DNA from: an uncultured Phycisphaerales bacterium
GTDB taxonomy: Bacteria > Planctomycetota > Phycisphaerae > Sedimentisphaerales > Anaerobacaceae
NCBI GenBank assembly: GCA_963772725.1
Contig: CAVYYI010000002.1
Location: forward strand, 288,001-352,000
Length of the DNA stretch: 64,000 nucleotides
Direction of reading: 5' to 3'
Below are positions 30,555 through 41,540 of the stretch, piece after piece (the stretch's first letter is position 1; each line of letters starts with the position of its first letter). The notes under the pieces were generated by a model that did no database searches, was not told where the DNA came from, and saw only the letters and a list, made by a program, of their open reading frames with translations. The position numbers and the translations under genes were made by a program.

Positions 30555-31778
30555 ATGATAAGACAATTTATTGCCGGCAGTTGCTACTCGTATATTTTAG
30601 GTTCAAACGATGAAGCCTTGATTATTGACCCTCACATAAGTTTACTGCAGGACTACAGTAAGTATTTAACGAAAAACAAGCTTACTTTGAAAAGCATCGT
30701 CGATACACATACTCATGCCGACCATTTTTCTTTAGCCGCGGTATTAAAGAAACAGTTTAAGGCCCAGGTTTTGATGCACGAAAAGGCCATATCGGATGTT
30801 GCGGACAAGCGGTTAAAAGATAACGACCGGATTAATATAGGCAGCAGTAGTGTTAAGGTAATGTATACCCCCGGGCACACAGATGACGCGGTAAGTCTGT
30901 ATGGAGAAGGCAGATTGTTCTCTGCGGATGTGCTTTTAATCGGCAGTGTAGGCAGAACAGATTTCCAAAACGGTTCGCCTGAATCTATGTTCGATACCCT
31001 GCAAAAATTAAAATCTTTACCTGATGAGACTATATTATGCCCAGGGCATGACTATCATGAACAACGGACGTCAACCATAGCTAAGGAAAAACAAACTAAT
31101 CCGTTTTTAAAAGAGGCAGACAAGGATGCTTTCGTCAAAAATATGCGGTCAAAAATAATTCCAAAGCCTTTCAACATTGATAATATTATCCGTGTAAACC
31201 AGAAAGGGGAGGCAACATCTCTCGAGATGATTTCTCCCTCTGATGCTTCATCGCTTTTAAAACAAAATCCACAAGCCAAAATTCTCGATGTCCGTTCAGC
31301 TATGGAATTTAATCAAATCCATATTGAGCCTTCGATTAATATCCCGATAGATATGCTTTCTTCTAAATTTGATGAGTTGAGCCAGTCAAAACAAAGCTAT
31401 TTAGTTCTCTGTCATACCGGCAACCGCGCCGCTATGGCTGCCGATATGCTCATACAATCGGGAATTCACAGCGTAAAAGTAATACAGGGCGGTATCATAA
31501 ATTGGCAAAAAGAAAAACTTCCCGTCATTAAAGGTCAGGGAGGAATCTCACTCGAACGCCAGGTAAGAATTATCGCGGGTTCCCTTGTTTTGCTCGGTGT
31601 AATATTGTCCTTCCTGTTGCATTGCGCATTTATTTTTATTTCCGTCTTTGTAAGCTGCGGCCTGATTTTTGCCGGAATTACCGATAATTGTCTTATGGGT
31701 ATATTGCTGATGAAGCTTCCTTATAACAAAAAGCTGTATAAAACCAAATCAGGCGGCGGAACCTGTTCGATTAGCTAA
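30555..31778 (+). CDS. MBL-fold persulfide dioxygenase-like / rhodanese / DUF2892 fusion
   Basis: THTHADH, TPGHT, GRTDF, PGHDY; LDVR..., C.TG.RA; LERQV...AG...G.T..C. Confidence 0.88.
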   Translation: MIRQFIAGSCYSYILGSNDEALIIDPHISLLQDYSKYLTKNKLTLKSIVDTHTHADHFSLAAVLKKQFKAQVLMHEKAISDVADKRLKDNDRINIGSSSVKVMYTPGHTDDAVSLYGEGRLFSADVLLIGSVGRTDFQNGSPESMFDTLQKLKSLPDETILCPGHDYHEQRTSTIAKEKQTNPFLKEADKDAFVKNMRSKIIPKPFNIDNIIRVNQKGEATSLEMISPSDASSLLKQNPQAKILDVRSAMEFNQIHIEPSINIPIDMLSSKFDELSQSKQSYLVLCHTGNRAAMAADMLIQSGIHSVKVIQGGIINWQKEKLPVIKGQGGISLERQVRIIAGSLVLLGVILSFLLHCAFIFISVFVSCGLIFAGITDNCLMGILLMKLPYNKKLYKTKSGGGTCSIS

Positions 31779-32031
31779 ATGCGGTTTTTCTGTTTTTGCA
31801 ATAGAGCAGAATGTCGATGAAAACCATCAGGGCGTTTAAGAGATAGAGATAAATCACACCGTCAAGGCTGTAAAGCAGTTTATTAAAAATTCCGGCTATG
31901 TATCCGATTTCAACGATTATCAGAAATATGAAGCTCTTGCCGGAAGTGGTTTTCGATTTCCACGATTTATAAATGGAAAAAGGCCACGCCGCCCCAAAAC
32001 AGACCAGCATTATAATCTCGTAGATACTCAT
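31771..32031 (-). CDS. Small PQ-loop/SemiSWEET-like membrane protein
   Basis: MSIYEIIMLVCFGAAWPFSIYKSWKSKTTSGKS, three TM helices. Confidence 0.7.
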   Translation of the reverse strand: MSIYEIIMLVCFGAAWPFSIYKSWKSKTTSGKSFIFLIIVEIGYIAGIFNKLLYSLDGVIYLYLLNALMVFIDILLYCKNRKTAFS

Positions 32032-32035
32032 TGAA

Positions 32036-32561
32036 TCAGTCTTTAATGCCGAGGTCGTCTTTGGTGATGATACTCTCGAATTTGTAGCCTGCCGAGGTGA
32101 TGTTTTCACCGGCGCCTTGTTTGCGGTCGATGACAGCGACGATTTTTTTGACTTTAGCACCAGCGGCTGTAATTATTTTAGCCGCTTCGAGAACCTGTCC
32201 GCCTGTGGTGGCGATGTCCTCGACAAGCAGAACGACATCACCCGATTTCATGACACCCTCGACCATTTTCCCCGTGCCATAATCTTTTTTGCTGTTTCGT
32301 ATAATTATCCAGTTTTTGTCTGGCTGCCATCGCTGTAGCCGCCGCCAAAGCAATTCCTCCAAGTTCCGCCCCGGCTATCAGGGTAACATCACCGGTAACG
32401 TGTTTTGCAAATTCTTCGCCGAGAGCCTTGAGTATATCCGGGCAGGTCTCGAACAGATATTTATCGAGATAATATTTGCTTTTCTTTCCGCTGCGAAGAG
32501 TGAAATCACCTTCGAGGTAAGAAGTCTGTTTGATTCTTTTAATCAGTTCATTTCGTGTCAC
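32036..32561 (-). CDS. pyrE: Orotate phosphoribosyltransferase (frameshift near 32320)
   Basis: F.LRSGKKS.YYLD, KDYG, LVEDIATTGG, DR..GA. Confidence 0.92.
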
Positions 32562-32574
32562 GATAGTAATCCTT

Positions 32575-34012
32575 TTAGACTTTTAATTCTACTTTTCTAT
32601 TCAGCACCATACGATATTTTTTTCGGATTGGCGCGACGATGTCCTTTATAAATTCATCGACCTGCTGCGGGGCGCGGCCGACGTAATCTTTCGGATTAAG
32701 AACATTTTTGAAATTGACTTTACGCAAAAGCTGGGTCGGCTTTAAGCCGTTCGATAAGGTCGTTGGGTTTGCCAAGCTGTTTTACCTGTGCGGCGGCGGC
32801 CTGATGAGTGCTGCCTGATTTTTTCGTGCAGTTCCTGACTGATTCCCGCCAGCCTTGACTGCTGCCATCAAAATATTTTCAGTCGCCATAAAGGGCAGCT
32901 CCGCCGAGACGTGTGCCGCGATTACTTTCGGATAGACCACAAGGCCATCGAGGACGTTGATAAGAATCTCGAGAATGCCGTCGATAGCCAGAAATGCCTC
33001 GGGAATAACTAATCTTCGATTTGCGGAATCGTCGAGTGTTCGTTCGAGCCATTGTTCAGAAGCGGTCATATTCGGGCTTGTCGCCAGACTAATCACGAAT
33101 CTTGAAAGGGCTGTAACTCTTTCGCATCGCATCGGGTTTCTCTTGTATGCCATTGCAGAGGAACCGACCTGCGATTTCTCAAACGGCTCTTCGATTTCCT
33201 TGAGGTTCGCCAGCAGCCGCATATCGTTGCACATCTTATGAGCGGACTGCGCGATAGATGTAAGTGAGTTCACGACAAGCGAATCGATTTTTCGCTGAGT
33301 ACGTTTGCCCTGTAACCGCACAAATATTTTTGAAACCGAAAGCAGATGCAACAAGCCTGTCAAGCTGTTTGACCTTGTTATGATTGCCGTTGAAAAGTTC
33401 CAGAAACGACGCCTGCGTGCCAGTAGTACCTTTTACTCCGCGAAAAGGCACCACTTCGAGTGTTTGTTCAAGCTGTCTCAAATCCATTGCGAAATCATAG
33501 CACCACAGAATCGCTCTTTTTCCAACCGTCGTTAGCTGAGCAGGCTGGTAATGTGTAAAACCAAGGGTCGCCAGCGAGCGGTTTTTTTTCGCAAAACCTG
33601 CCAGCACATCAACTACCGACGCGAGTTTTGCAGCAATTAACTGCATCGCCTGGCGAATGATTATCAAATCCGCGTTGTCGGTTATATCGCAACTTGTCGC
33701 ACCAAGATGAATGATGGAAGCGGCTTTGGGAGCAGCATCGCCAAAGGCGTGGATATGGGCCATTACATCGTGCCGAAATTTTTTCTCATAATCAGCAGCC
33801 TTTTTGAAATCTATGTCGTTCAGATTTTTCGCCATCTGATCTATCTGGCTTTGTGAAATATTCAGCCCAAGTTTTTTTTCAGCCCTGGCCAGTTCCAGCC
33901 AAACTCTTCGCCACAGCCCGAATTTGTGCTGCGCACCAAAAAGTTCAGCCATTTCCTTTGAAGCATTCCGCTCTACTAGCGGACTTTGATAAATTGTATG
34001 TTCTTTAGTCAT
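32575..34012 (-). CDS. purB: Adenylosuccinate lyase (several frameshifts)
   Basis: [39 protein letters not shown]. Confidence 0.93.
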
Positions 34013-34973
34013 TGATTTTTTCCTGTCGTTTGGTTAGTAAGTATTCGATTTCGTCAATATCATCTTTTTTGAGTGGCAAATCCGCTGTTGGTGCAGTTTC
34101 CTGAATCTGATTGGGCTTTCTCGCCCCCACGATGGCGGCTGTAATTTCAGGGTGCCGCAGAACCCAGCTAATCGCCAATTGCGCCAAAGTTATGTTATTG
34201 CGTTCCGCAATTGGACGCAGTTTTTCAACGAGTTCGAGCGTCGCGGAAAACCGCGGCTCCAAAAAATCAGGATTTGTTTTGCGATGGTCGTCATCGGGCA
34301 GATTCGCGAGAAGTTCCTTTGTGAATTTTCCCGTAAGCAGACCTCTCTGCATTGGGCTGTAAGCGACTACACCGATTTTATTTTTCTCGCAATAAGCGAG
34401 AACCTCTTTTTCAACTTCGCGATGAAGCATACTGTACGGCGGCTGAAGCGAAGCAACCGGGTAAATTTTCCGCAAACGTTCCATTTGACCGATATTGAAA
34501 TTCGATACCCCGAGATACCGCACCTTTTGTTCTTCAACCAGTTTTGCCATTTCCTCCCAGGCGAATTCAATTCCAGAATCGGGCTCAGGCCAGTGAATTT
34601 GATAAAGGTCGATGATGTCAGCACCAAGACGCTTTAGGCTGGCGTGACATTCCTCGCGAATGCTTTTGGGGTTAAGGCAGTTTACCTTTTCTCTTTTTTT
34701 ATTCCAGAGCAGGCCGCACTTGGTAGCGATAAAGGGTTTTTGCTTTCTTTGTTTTAGCGCTTTACCGATAAGTTCTTCGGAATGCCCCAGACCGTAAATT
34801 GCCGCCGTATCAATCCAGTTGATTCCCAAATCCAAACCAGCATTAATGGCAGCGACCGCCTCATCGTCATCCTGATGCCCCCAGCCATACTGCCACGGCC
34901 CGCCGATAGCCCAGGTGCCAAGGCCGATGACTGTAAGGTTTAAATCGGTATAACCTAATTTTCTTGTCCGCAT
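34005..34973 (-). CDS. Aldo/keto reductase
   Basis: [36 protein letters not shown]. Confidence 0.94.
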   Translation of the reverse strand: MRTRKLGYTDLNLTVIGLGTWAIGGPWQYGWGHQDDDEAVAAINAGLDLGINWIDTAAIYGLGHSEELIGKALKQRKQKPFIATKCGLLWNKKREKVNCLNPKSIREECHASLKRLGADIIDLYQIHWPEPDSGIEFAWEEMAKLVEEQKVRYLGVSNFNIGQMERLRKIYPVASLQPPYSMLHREVEKEVLAYCEKNKIGVVAYSPMQRGLLTGKFTKELLANLPDDDHRKTNPDFLEPRFSATLELVEKLRPIAERNNITLAQLAISWVLRHPEITAAIVGARKPNQIQETAPTADLPLKKDDIDEIEYLLTKRQEKIND

Positions 34974-35121
34974 AATGTTAAGCCTAATAAATTTCGACCA
35001 GTCCGAGCAATAGCATAGTAAGATTTTAGCGGTTTTTCAATAGTTTTGTGTTTTTCTTGAAATTATGAGGAATTGCGTTTAAACTTTGCGCAAAAATATC
35101 AAATATTGAAGCGAGGTTCTG

Positions 35122-35868
35122 ATGGCAAAAGGCAGGTTAACACAGCAGGTTAAGCTGGGTGTATTACTGATACTGCTCTCGGTTTTCTTTTACGCCGTGC
35201 ATTTTCTTATCTTCCGGGACTTTCATAATATGATGTTTTACCTCGTTGAGGATATCGCTTTTATCCCTGTTAACGTTTTGATTGTAACGGTTATTATCCA
35301 CCAGGTGCTAAGCTACAGAGAAAAACGGATAATGCTTGAAAAATTGAATATGGTTATAGGGGCTTTTTTCAGCGAAGCCGGCACAGAGATGCTCAGATAT
35401 TTTCAGGGTTTTGACCCGGACAGCAAAGATGCGTCACGAAAACTTATTATAACCGATAAATGGCAGCCGAAGGATTTTACAGATGTTGCCCAGACGCTTG
35501 AAGGACGCGATTACAGGATTAACAGCAAAGAAAGTGACCTCGCTGGACTGCGGAATTTCCTGATACATAAAAGAGGATTTTTTCTCAGACTGCTGGAAAA
35601 TCCTAATCTGCTTGAACATGAATCGTTTACCGAATTGCTGCGTGCGGTGTTTCACCTTACCGACGAACTTGCGCACCGAACCAGTACCGATTCGCTTCCC
35701 GAAAAAGATTATGAGCATCTCAGCGGTGACATAAAAAGAGCCCATAAGCTTTTAATCCACGAATGGATTATGCACATGGAGCATCTTAAGGAAAATTATC
35801 CTTATCTGTTCTCCCTTGCCGTCAGGACAAATCCCTTCAATCCCGATGCGGCGGTGGAAATAAAATAA
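35122..35868 (+). CDS. Hypothetical membrane protein
   Basis: Two N-terminal TM helices; LLENPNLLEHESFT and YPYLFSLA.RTNPF. Confidence 0.75.
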   Translation: MAKGRLTQQVKLGVLLILLSVFFYAVHFLIFRDFHNMMFYLVEDIAFIPVNVLIVTVIIHQVLSYREKRIMLEKLNMVIGAFFSEAGTEMLRYFQGFDPDSKDASRKLIITDKWQPKDFTDVAQTLEGRDYRINSKESDLAGLRNFLIHKRGFFLRLLENPNLLEHESFTELLRAVFHLTDELAHRTSTDSLPEKDYEHLSGDIKRAHKLLIHEWIMHMEHLKENYPYLFSLAVRTNPFNPDAAVEIK

Positions 35869-35966
35869 AATTGGGATATCAAATACAAGGGTTTGAATTG
35901 CATTTGGACGCTGAATCGTTATAATGTTCACATATTTAACCATGGCAAAAAGGTATTAATTTACTG

Positions 35967-37964
35967 ATGGAATCAAGAAATAATATAGGCCAAAAGCTGA
36001 AAAATCTGGTGATAGGACAGTCCCGCAGCCCGAAGGACAAAAGGATTTTTCATAAGCTTTCGCTAATTGCGTTTTTCGCGTGGATAGGACTCGGAGCCGA
36101 CGGCCTGTCGTCCTCGTGTTACGGTCCGCAGGAGGCGTTTCTTGCGCTGGGCAAGCACCCCTGTCTGGCAATTTTTGTCGGTCTTGGAACCGTTCTGACA
36201 ATATTTGTCATAAGCGCAAGCTACTCACAGATTATAGAGCTTTTCCCGACCGGCGGCGGCGGTTATCTTGTGGCAAGCAAATTATTGTCACCGAAACTCG
36301 GAATGATTTCAGGCTGTGCGCTTCTTATAGACTATGTTCTTACTATTTCTGTTTCTATAGCCAGCGGTACAGACGCGATATGCAGTTTCCTTCCGCAGCA
36401 ATGGCATTCGTATAAACTTGTCTTCGCTATGAGTGTAGTAGTGATAATGGTAATTATGAACATGCGAGGGGTCAAGGAGTCTGTAGTTGTTTTGACGCCG
36501 ATTTTCCTGATTTTTATTATTATGCACCTTTTTATAATTCTGTACGCTATTTTTACACATATACCAGATGCCGCGACATTGGCGACATCCACAAAGGCCG
36601 ACATTCACAGCGCTGTCTCTGAACTCGGTTTCTGGGGAATGGTTTTTTTGATACTTAGAGCATACGGCATGGGTGCAGGCACTTTCACGGGGATAGAAGC
36701 GGTCAGCAACGGCATTCCGCTTTTACGGGACCCAAAGGTGCAGACAGCCAAATATACGATGCGGTATATGGCGATTTCTCTGTCCGTTGTGGTGCTCGGA
36801 CTTATAATTTCATATCTGCTTTTTGAACTCAAACCGCAGGAGGGAAAAACGCTCAACGCGATTTTATTCGAGCAGATTACTAAAGGCTGGGATAGCGATT
36901 TACGAACCGGTTTCATATTTGTAATTCTTGCTTCTGAGGCGGCAATTTTGTTTGTGGCGGCACAGACAGGTTTTATGGATGGTCCAAGAGTACTTGCCAA
37001 TATGTCGCTCGACAGGTGGTTTCCAAATAAATTTTCCGCGTTGAGCGACAGGCTGGTTACTCGAAATGGCATCCTCATTATGGGTATATCTTCCATAGTG
37101 ATAATGTTCATGACAAAGGGGTCAGTTCTGCTTCTTGTGGTTCTTTACAGTATAAACGTTTTTATTACATTCGGACTTTCGCAGCTCGGTATGGTTCGCC
37201 ACTGGTGGCTCTCAAGAAACAGCGTCCCCACATGGCACAAAAAACTGTTTATTAATGGGCTTGGCCTAGCTCTGACAGCATTCATTCTCATAACAATGAT
37301 TGTAGTCAAATTTGATGAAGGTGGATGGGTGACGCTGCTGATAACAGGCTCACTTATAATATTGGCGCTGCTGGTAAAACGCCATTATGCCAAAACATCA
37401 CTGCTTCTTAAACGGCTCGACGACCTTGTCAACCGAGCGGAATTCAAAGACCTTGACACTATTTCTGCCGCGGATGAGTCCAAACCTGGGCCGCAATATG
37501 ACCCCAGCGGCAGAACCGCTGTTGTTCTGGTAGGAGGCTTTAACGGTACAGGTCTGCATACCGTTTTTACAGTAATGAGGCTTTTTGGGATGACTTTCAA
37601 AAATTACGTTTTTCTTGAGATAGGCGCAATAGACGTCGGAAATTTTAAGGGCTCGCAGGAAGTGGACCATCTGTTTCAGAAAGTCAATGATGACCTTAAG
37701 CGCTACGTCAGACTGATGAATAAACAAGGCTTTTACGCGGAAGGCATTTCAGAGGTAAGCGTTGATGTGGTAGATGAAATTGCTCAAAAGGCCCCCGAAA
37801 TTATGACACGATTCCCTGACGCCGTATTTTTCGGCGGCCAGTTGATTTTTCCGAACGAGTCATTTCTTCTGAGACTTCTTCATAACCAGATTGTATTTTC
37901 TGTGCAGAGAAAGTTATACCAGTACGGTGTGCCTTTCCTCATATTGCCGATACGCGTTTACTGA
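35967..37964 (+). CDS. APC-superfamily permease (KimA/YdaO-like, possible K+ transporter)
   Basis: ADGLSS..YGP.EAF, GGGGY.VA, DYVLT, TG.EA.SNG, cytoplasmic C-terminal domain. Confidence 0.8.
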   Translation: MESRNNIGQKLKNLVIGQSRSPKDKRIFHKLSLIAFFAWIGLGADGLSSSCYGPQEAFLALGKHPCLAIFVGLGTVLTIFVISASYSQIIELFPTGGGGYLVASKLLSPKLGMISGCALLIDYVLTISVSIASGTDAICSFLPQQWHSYKLVFAMSVVVIMVIMNMRGVKESVVVLTPIFLIFIIMHLFIILYAIFTHIPDAATLATSTKADIHSAVSELGFWGMVFLILRAYGMGAGTFTGIEAVSNGIPLLRDPKVQTAKYTMRYMAISLSVVVLGLIISYLLFELKPQEGKTLNAILFEQITKGWDSDLRTGFIFVILASEAAILFVAAQTGFMDGPRVLANMSLDRWFPNKFSALSDRLVTRNGILIMGISSIVIMFMTKGSVLLLVVLYSINVFITFGLSQLGMVRHWWLSRNSVPTWHKKLFINGLGLALTAFILITMIVVKFDEGGWVTLLITGSLIILALLVKRHYAKTSLLLKRLDDLVNRAEFKDLDTISAADESKPGPQYDPSGRTAVVLVGGFNGTGLHTVFTVMRLFGMTFKNYVFLEIGAIDVGNFKGSQEVDHLFQKVNDDLKRYVRLMNKQGFYAEGISEVSVDVVDEIAQKAPEIMTRFPDAVFFGGQLIFPNESFLLRLLHNQIVFSVQRKLYQYGVPFLILPIRVY

Positions 37965-37988
37965 TAAAATTTAGATGAATTAGAGACA

Positions 37989-38491
37989 ATGGATATAAGA
38001 AGATTGCTGACATCATGCTTTGGAATAGGATGGCTGCCGCTGCGCCTGGGACATGGGCGTCACTAGTGCCTTTGGGTATTTTCGCATTGCTGAATTATTG
38101 CGGCGTATCAGCGGGAACGATTTTAATTGTGATGATATTTGCTGCGGCGGCGGCTTCTGAAGTATGTATCTGTTTCGCGGACGCGGCAATAACAGCGACA
38201 GGCCAAAATGACCCGCACGAGGTAGTCATGGACGAAGTGGCAGGTCAGGCGGTAACATATCTAACAATCGGCAGTGTAATTATCGGGCAGCTTTGGGTTG
38301 CGGCAATTATGGGGTTTCTTCTGTTCCGGTTTTTCGATATTGTTAAGCCTTGGCCAATCAAAGAGATAGAGAAAGTGCCGCGAGGCTGGGGGATTTTATG
38401 CGACGATTTGGCGGCAGGTGTTTATGCCGGCGGTATGCTGATAGTATTCTATGAAATTGGGATAATTGGATATCTCGGCAAATTTTTGTAG
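37989..38491 (+). CDS. pgpA: Phosphatidylglycerophosphatase A (frameshift near 38040)
   Basis: APGTWAS, DP..VVMDEVAG, FRFFDIVKPWPI, DDL.AG. Confidence 0.9.
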
Positions 38492-38625
38492 CGGTACGGC
38501 AAAGAATTGCAAAGTTTAGCGGAAAAAATCTGTGCAAGTTGATATTTAGGTGTATAATAGTATCGTTGTTGAATGATGTTGAAAATTTTATATTTGCCGC
38601 CGATGGATAAAATTCGCGACGGCAA

Positions 38626-39405
38626 ATGGAGGCTTTTTTAGAAATGGCATTAGAAAGTTTTGCTTCTCTGTGTGATGACTTCTATGTTGATATGTATGTA
38701 AATACGGAACTTGACCTGCCTACACAGCGAGATACTATCCTGGCGTTCTTCGAGAGGGTTCAAAAACAATACCCTTCAATGGGCAAATTCTATCGCGGCG
38801 AGAGCAGCGATTATTGTCTTGAGGAAGATTCGGGCAGCGGTCATTATCGATGGGTAAGTCTCGAAACGGAACGAATCGGTTCGGGGGTAGTCAATCCTTC
38901 GAGCCTCGAAGAAGTTTACACGCAGGATAAGATGATACTCGAAATCATGCCTTATATGCTGGGGGTAAGTCATCTCGATATTGATGCGCTGGATGTAACG
39001 TTCGCTATGGATTTCGATTATTTCGGAAACCATGACGAGATTATCGCCGACGCCTTTTTCGCGTCCACAGCCTTCGGAAGCCTGCTGGAAATACCATCAG
39101 CCAAACCGGTAAGTTTTTCTCCAACGGTGGTTGTGGCTCTTTCGGACGACTGCCAGACGCAGGCCAGATTAAGCATTGAGTCAAAAACAAGCTCTTATGA
39201 ACAGGGAAAGCAAAAATATAATCGCGAGGAAGCGATAAGCCTGTCATTTACGATTCGCCAGTACCCGCCGGGCAATGAAAAATTCGACGCCATGCGCTCA
39301 TTCGAAAATCAATGCCGTCTCGCCGAAGAACTGATGGCCGAAAAAATAGTCCCCAATTTCGTCAGACCCCTAATCAACGTCATCGCCGAAAAACGTTTAA
39401 GATAG
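38626..39405 (+). CDS. Hypothetical protein
   Basis: 259-aa ATG ORF with host-like codon usage. Confidence 0.7.
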   Translation: MEAFLEMALESFASLCDDFYVDMYVNTELDLPTQRDTILAFFERVQKQYPSMGKFYRGESSDYCLEEDSGSGHYRWVSLETERIGSGVVNPSSLEEVYTQDKMILEIMPYMLGVSHLDIDALDVTFAMDFDYFGNHDEIIADAFFASTAFGSLLEIPSAKPVSFSPTVVVALSDDCQTQARLSIESKTSSYEQGKQKYNREEAISLSFTIRQYPPGNEKFDAMRSFENQCRLAEELMAEKIVPNFVRPLINVIAEKRLR

Positions 39406-39427
39406 ATGATTTTCCTTATCCGGATTA

Positions 39428-39503
39428 GCCCCAGCACCCGCGGCTGGGGCATTAACTGTCTCTTTTCTGCACGCTGTCCCTGTCCGCTGTTCGCTGTACG
39501 CTA
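39428..39503. repeat. GC hairpin plus heptamer tract
   Basis: GCCCCAGC-N7-GCTGGGGC, then CTGCACG CTGTCC CTGTCCG CTGTTCG CTGTACG. Confidence 0.6.
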
Positions 39504-39699
39504 TTTTTTTGTTGTATTAATCTCGCTAATTTGTATAATTAGCCAAGGGGAAATATCGGATGCGGAAGAATATAAGAAATGATGCGAAATGAGTATGTTG
39601 TCCCCAGATTTTAGAATAAGATATACCCGAAAGGCTTGGATTCTAACATAAATAAGAAAACGCAAAATAACTCAGTGTTCGCTCGAATATGGAGAAGTA

Positions 39700-40827
39700 T
39701 ACTGCTTACGATTGAGTTTTCCTGTTTTTATGCAGCTTGAATGTGAAAGTTTTCTGTCAGTAATGCGCTCAGTTCCGGCAAATATTTCTTTCTCTTCCGG
39801 AAAAAGCTCTCGCATGCTCTGCTTGAATTCCCAAATGTTTCATAGTAGCGATTGTTCAGCACTTTTTTCTTAAAAAACTTCCAGTACCGCTCAATCAGAT
39901 TCAGATTCGGCGAGTATGACGGCAAAAATATCAATTTGATTTTCGTGCCCTCGGTATACTCTTTTAACAAACGTGAACGATAATATCGAGCATTGTCAAC
40001 AATGATATAAATCCTTTTGGCCTCCGGATGTTTTGCTTCGATCTTTGAGAACAAATCAATGGTCGAATTCGGCATTGATCGTGTCATAAAACCCTGTCGT
40101 TGGCTCCAGCGTTTCGATGTTAATCGCACCATTGATATTCAATCGCTGGCGGCCACAGTTGGCTTTGAGTTCTTTTTCCTTTCCCGTCTTAATCCAGCCG
40201 TAAGAAGGAATGCTGTTGTGCTGCGGATGGGTGGCATCGGCGAAATAAATCGGGTCGTTTTGCACTTTTGCTTGCTTTGAGTCTGTTCATATTCTTCGAG
40301 AAACGCCTGTTGCTTGACGGGGTCTTGTTTACCGGGAACATGTGTCGGCTTCTTGTAGGAAAATCCAAGGCGATGCAGTAAATCGGTGACTCCGCTGACG
40401 GAGTAATGGACCACATACTGTTGATCAGATATGAGCGATAACCGATTTGGCATCGGGGAAAATATGATCTTCGAGATATGCCTCAAGTTCGCTCATTTGA
40501 TGTTCATCGAGTTTCGGTTCTGCGCCGGGATAGTTGTCATCCAGCAATGCCTGGAAACCGCCTTGCTGATACCGTTCAAAATAGTCTCGGGATGTCTTCT
40601 CATCAAAAAGAAGAATCTCGGCCACCTGAGCCGCCGACCATCCCTTTGGATAAAGCAATGACCGCTTTGACCCGGTCGGCCTGACGCTTATCACGCAACG
40701 AACGATGCAATGCCTCCAGTTCAGCTATTTTTTCTTTTGACAACTTATAATCCTTCATATACGCTGTTTATCGGACAGAAGGTGCTTTTTGATTGAAAAA
40801 TACGGAATTTTTCAATCAAGAGCAGTA
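39700..40827 (-). mobile_element. IS630-family insertion sequence
   Basis: Ends TACTGCTTACGATTGA / TCAATCAAGAGCAGTA, flanked by TA at 39698-39699 and 40828-40829. Confidence 0.9.
39728..40758 (-). CDS. IS630 DDE transposase (several frameshifts)
   Basis: HTH region, LHRLGFSYKKP, FAD, IVDNARYY, LPSYSPNLNLIERYW. Confidence 0.9.
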
Positions 40828-41356
40828 TAAATATCAGACATTGTATGGAACTGTGTGTTTCCTTCTAATGTACTTATTCCTTCTATATTATGGTACCGCC
40901 TGTGTTTTCTTTATAAGTGCATTATATGAACGTGGGAAAATGTGGCCGCCTTTTCCAGTTTTTTTAATCGTAGGTCTAATTATATCGGCATCATCACTGC
41001 TTGGTAAAATGTTTTATACTTGGCGACGAAATGTTCGAGAAAGAAAAAAAATCGAAAAAGAATAGCATCTATTTTTGCTGTCTGTCCCTAACAAATATTC
41101 CATCCGCGGTTTAATGCGGCAGATTTGTAAAGTTCTTTGATAATCGGCGTGGAACGAACAGAGAAGTGAAAAAATGAATAGTGAACAGTTTTTCCTTCGT
41201 GTTTCTTCGGAGCTTTGCGGTGAACCTCTGTTTCCACTATCAAAAACACGGTTTTTCGAGCGTTGCGTCCGATATGTCGAATTTAATCCGTCACATATGA
41301 AGCTTGATATGTTTCTTGTCAGGCTATATAATTAAATCAAGCTGACTGATTATGAC

Positions 41357-41422
41357 TTGTCATACCTGCGAAAGCAGGTATCCATTCGTAAAAATGGATT
41401 TCCGCTTCCGCGGGAATGACAA
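41357..41422. repeat. Inverted doublet of short palindromic elements
   Basis: TTGTCATACCTGCGAAAGCAGGTATCCA...TGGATTTCCGCTTCCGCGGGAATGACAA. Confidence 0.8.
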
Positions 41423-41540
41423 GAAAAGTGTAAAATGACATCTGGCGATAATGTTATGTTTAACATAAGATTATACAAATCCGCCGATGGCGGGATCAAA
41501 AAGCGTTTAGGTTAAGTGATTATTTGGAAAGGAATGCATT

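Larger units (their letters stand above)
39636..41065 (+). pseudogene. Small membrane-protein gene interrupted by IS630
   Basis: Removing the IS and one TA rejoins TTG 39636 (GAAAGG upstream) MDSNINKKTQNNSVFARIWRS in frame to KYQTLYGTVCFLL...KIEKE*. Confidence 0.75.

Noticed and set aside
35869..35966. c-di-AMP (ydaO) riboswitch upstream of the KimA-like permease
   Set aside because: Only GCTGAATC resembles the motif. The region is short and AT-rich, lacks the other conserved blocks, and reads better as a TTGCAT-16-TATAAT promoter.
40425..40486. Programmed frameshift in the IS630 transposase
   Set aside because: The transposase has several breaks and the window has a high indel background, so no single break can be called programmed.
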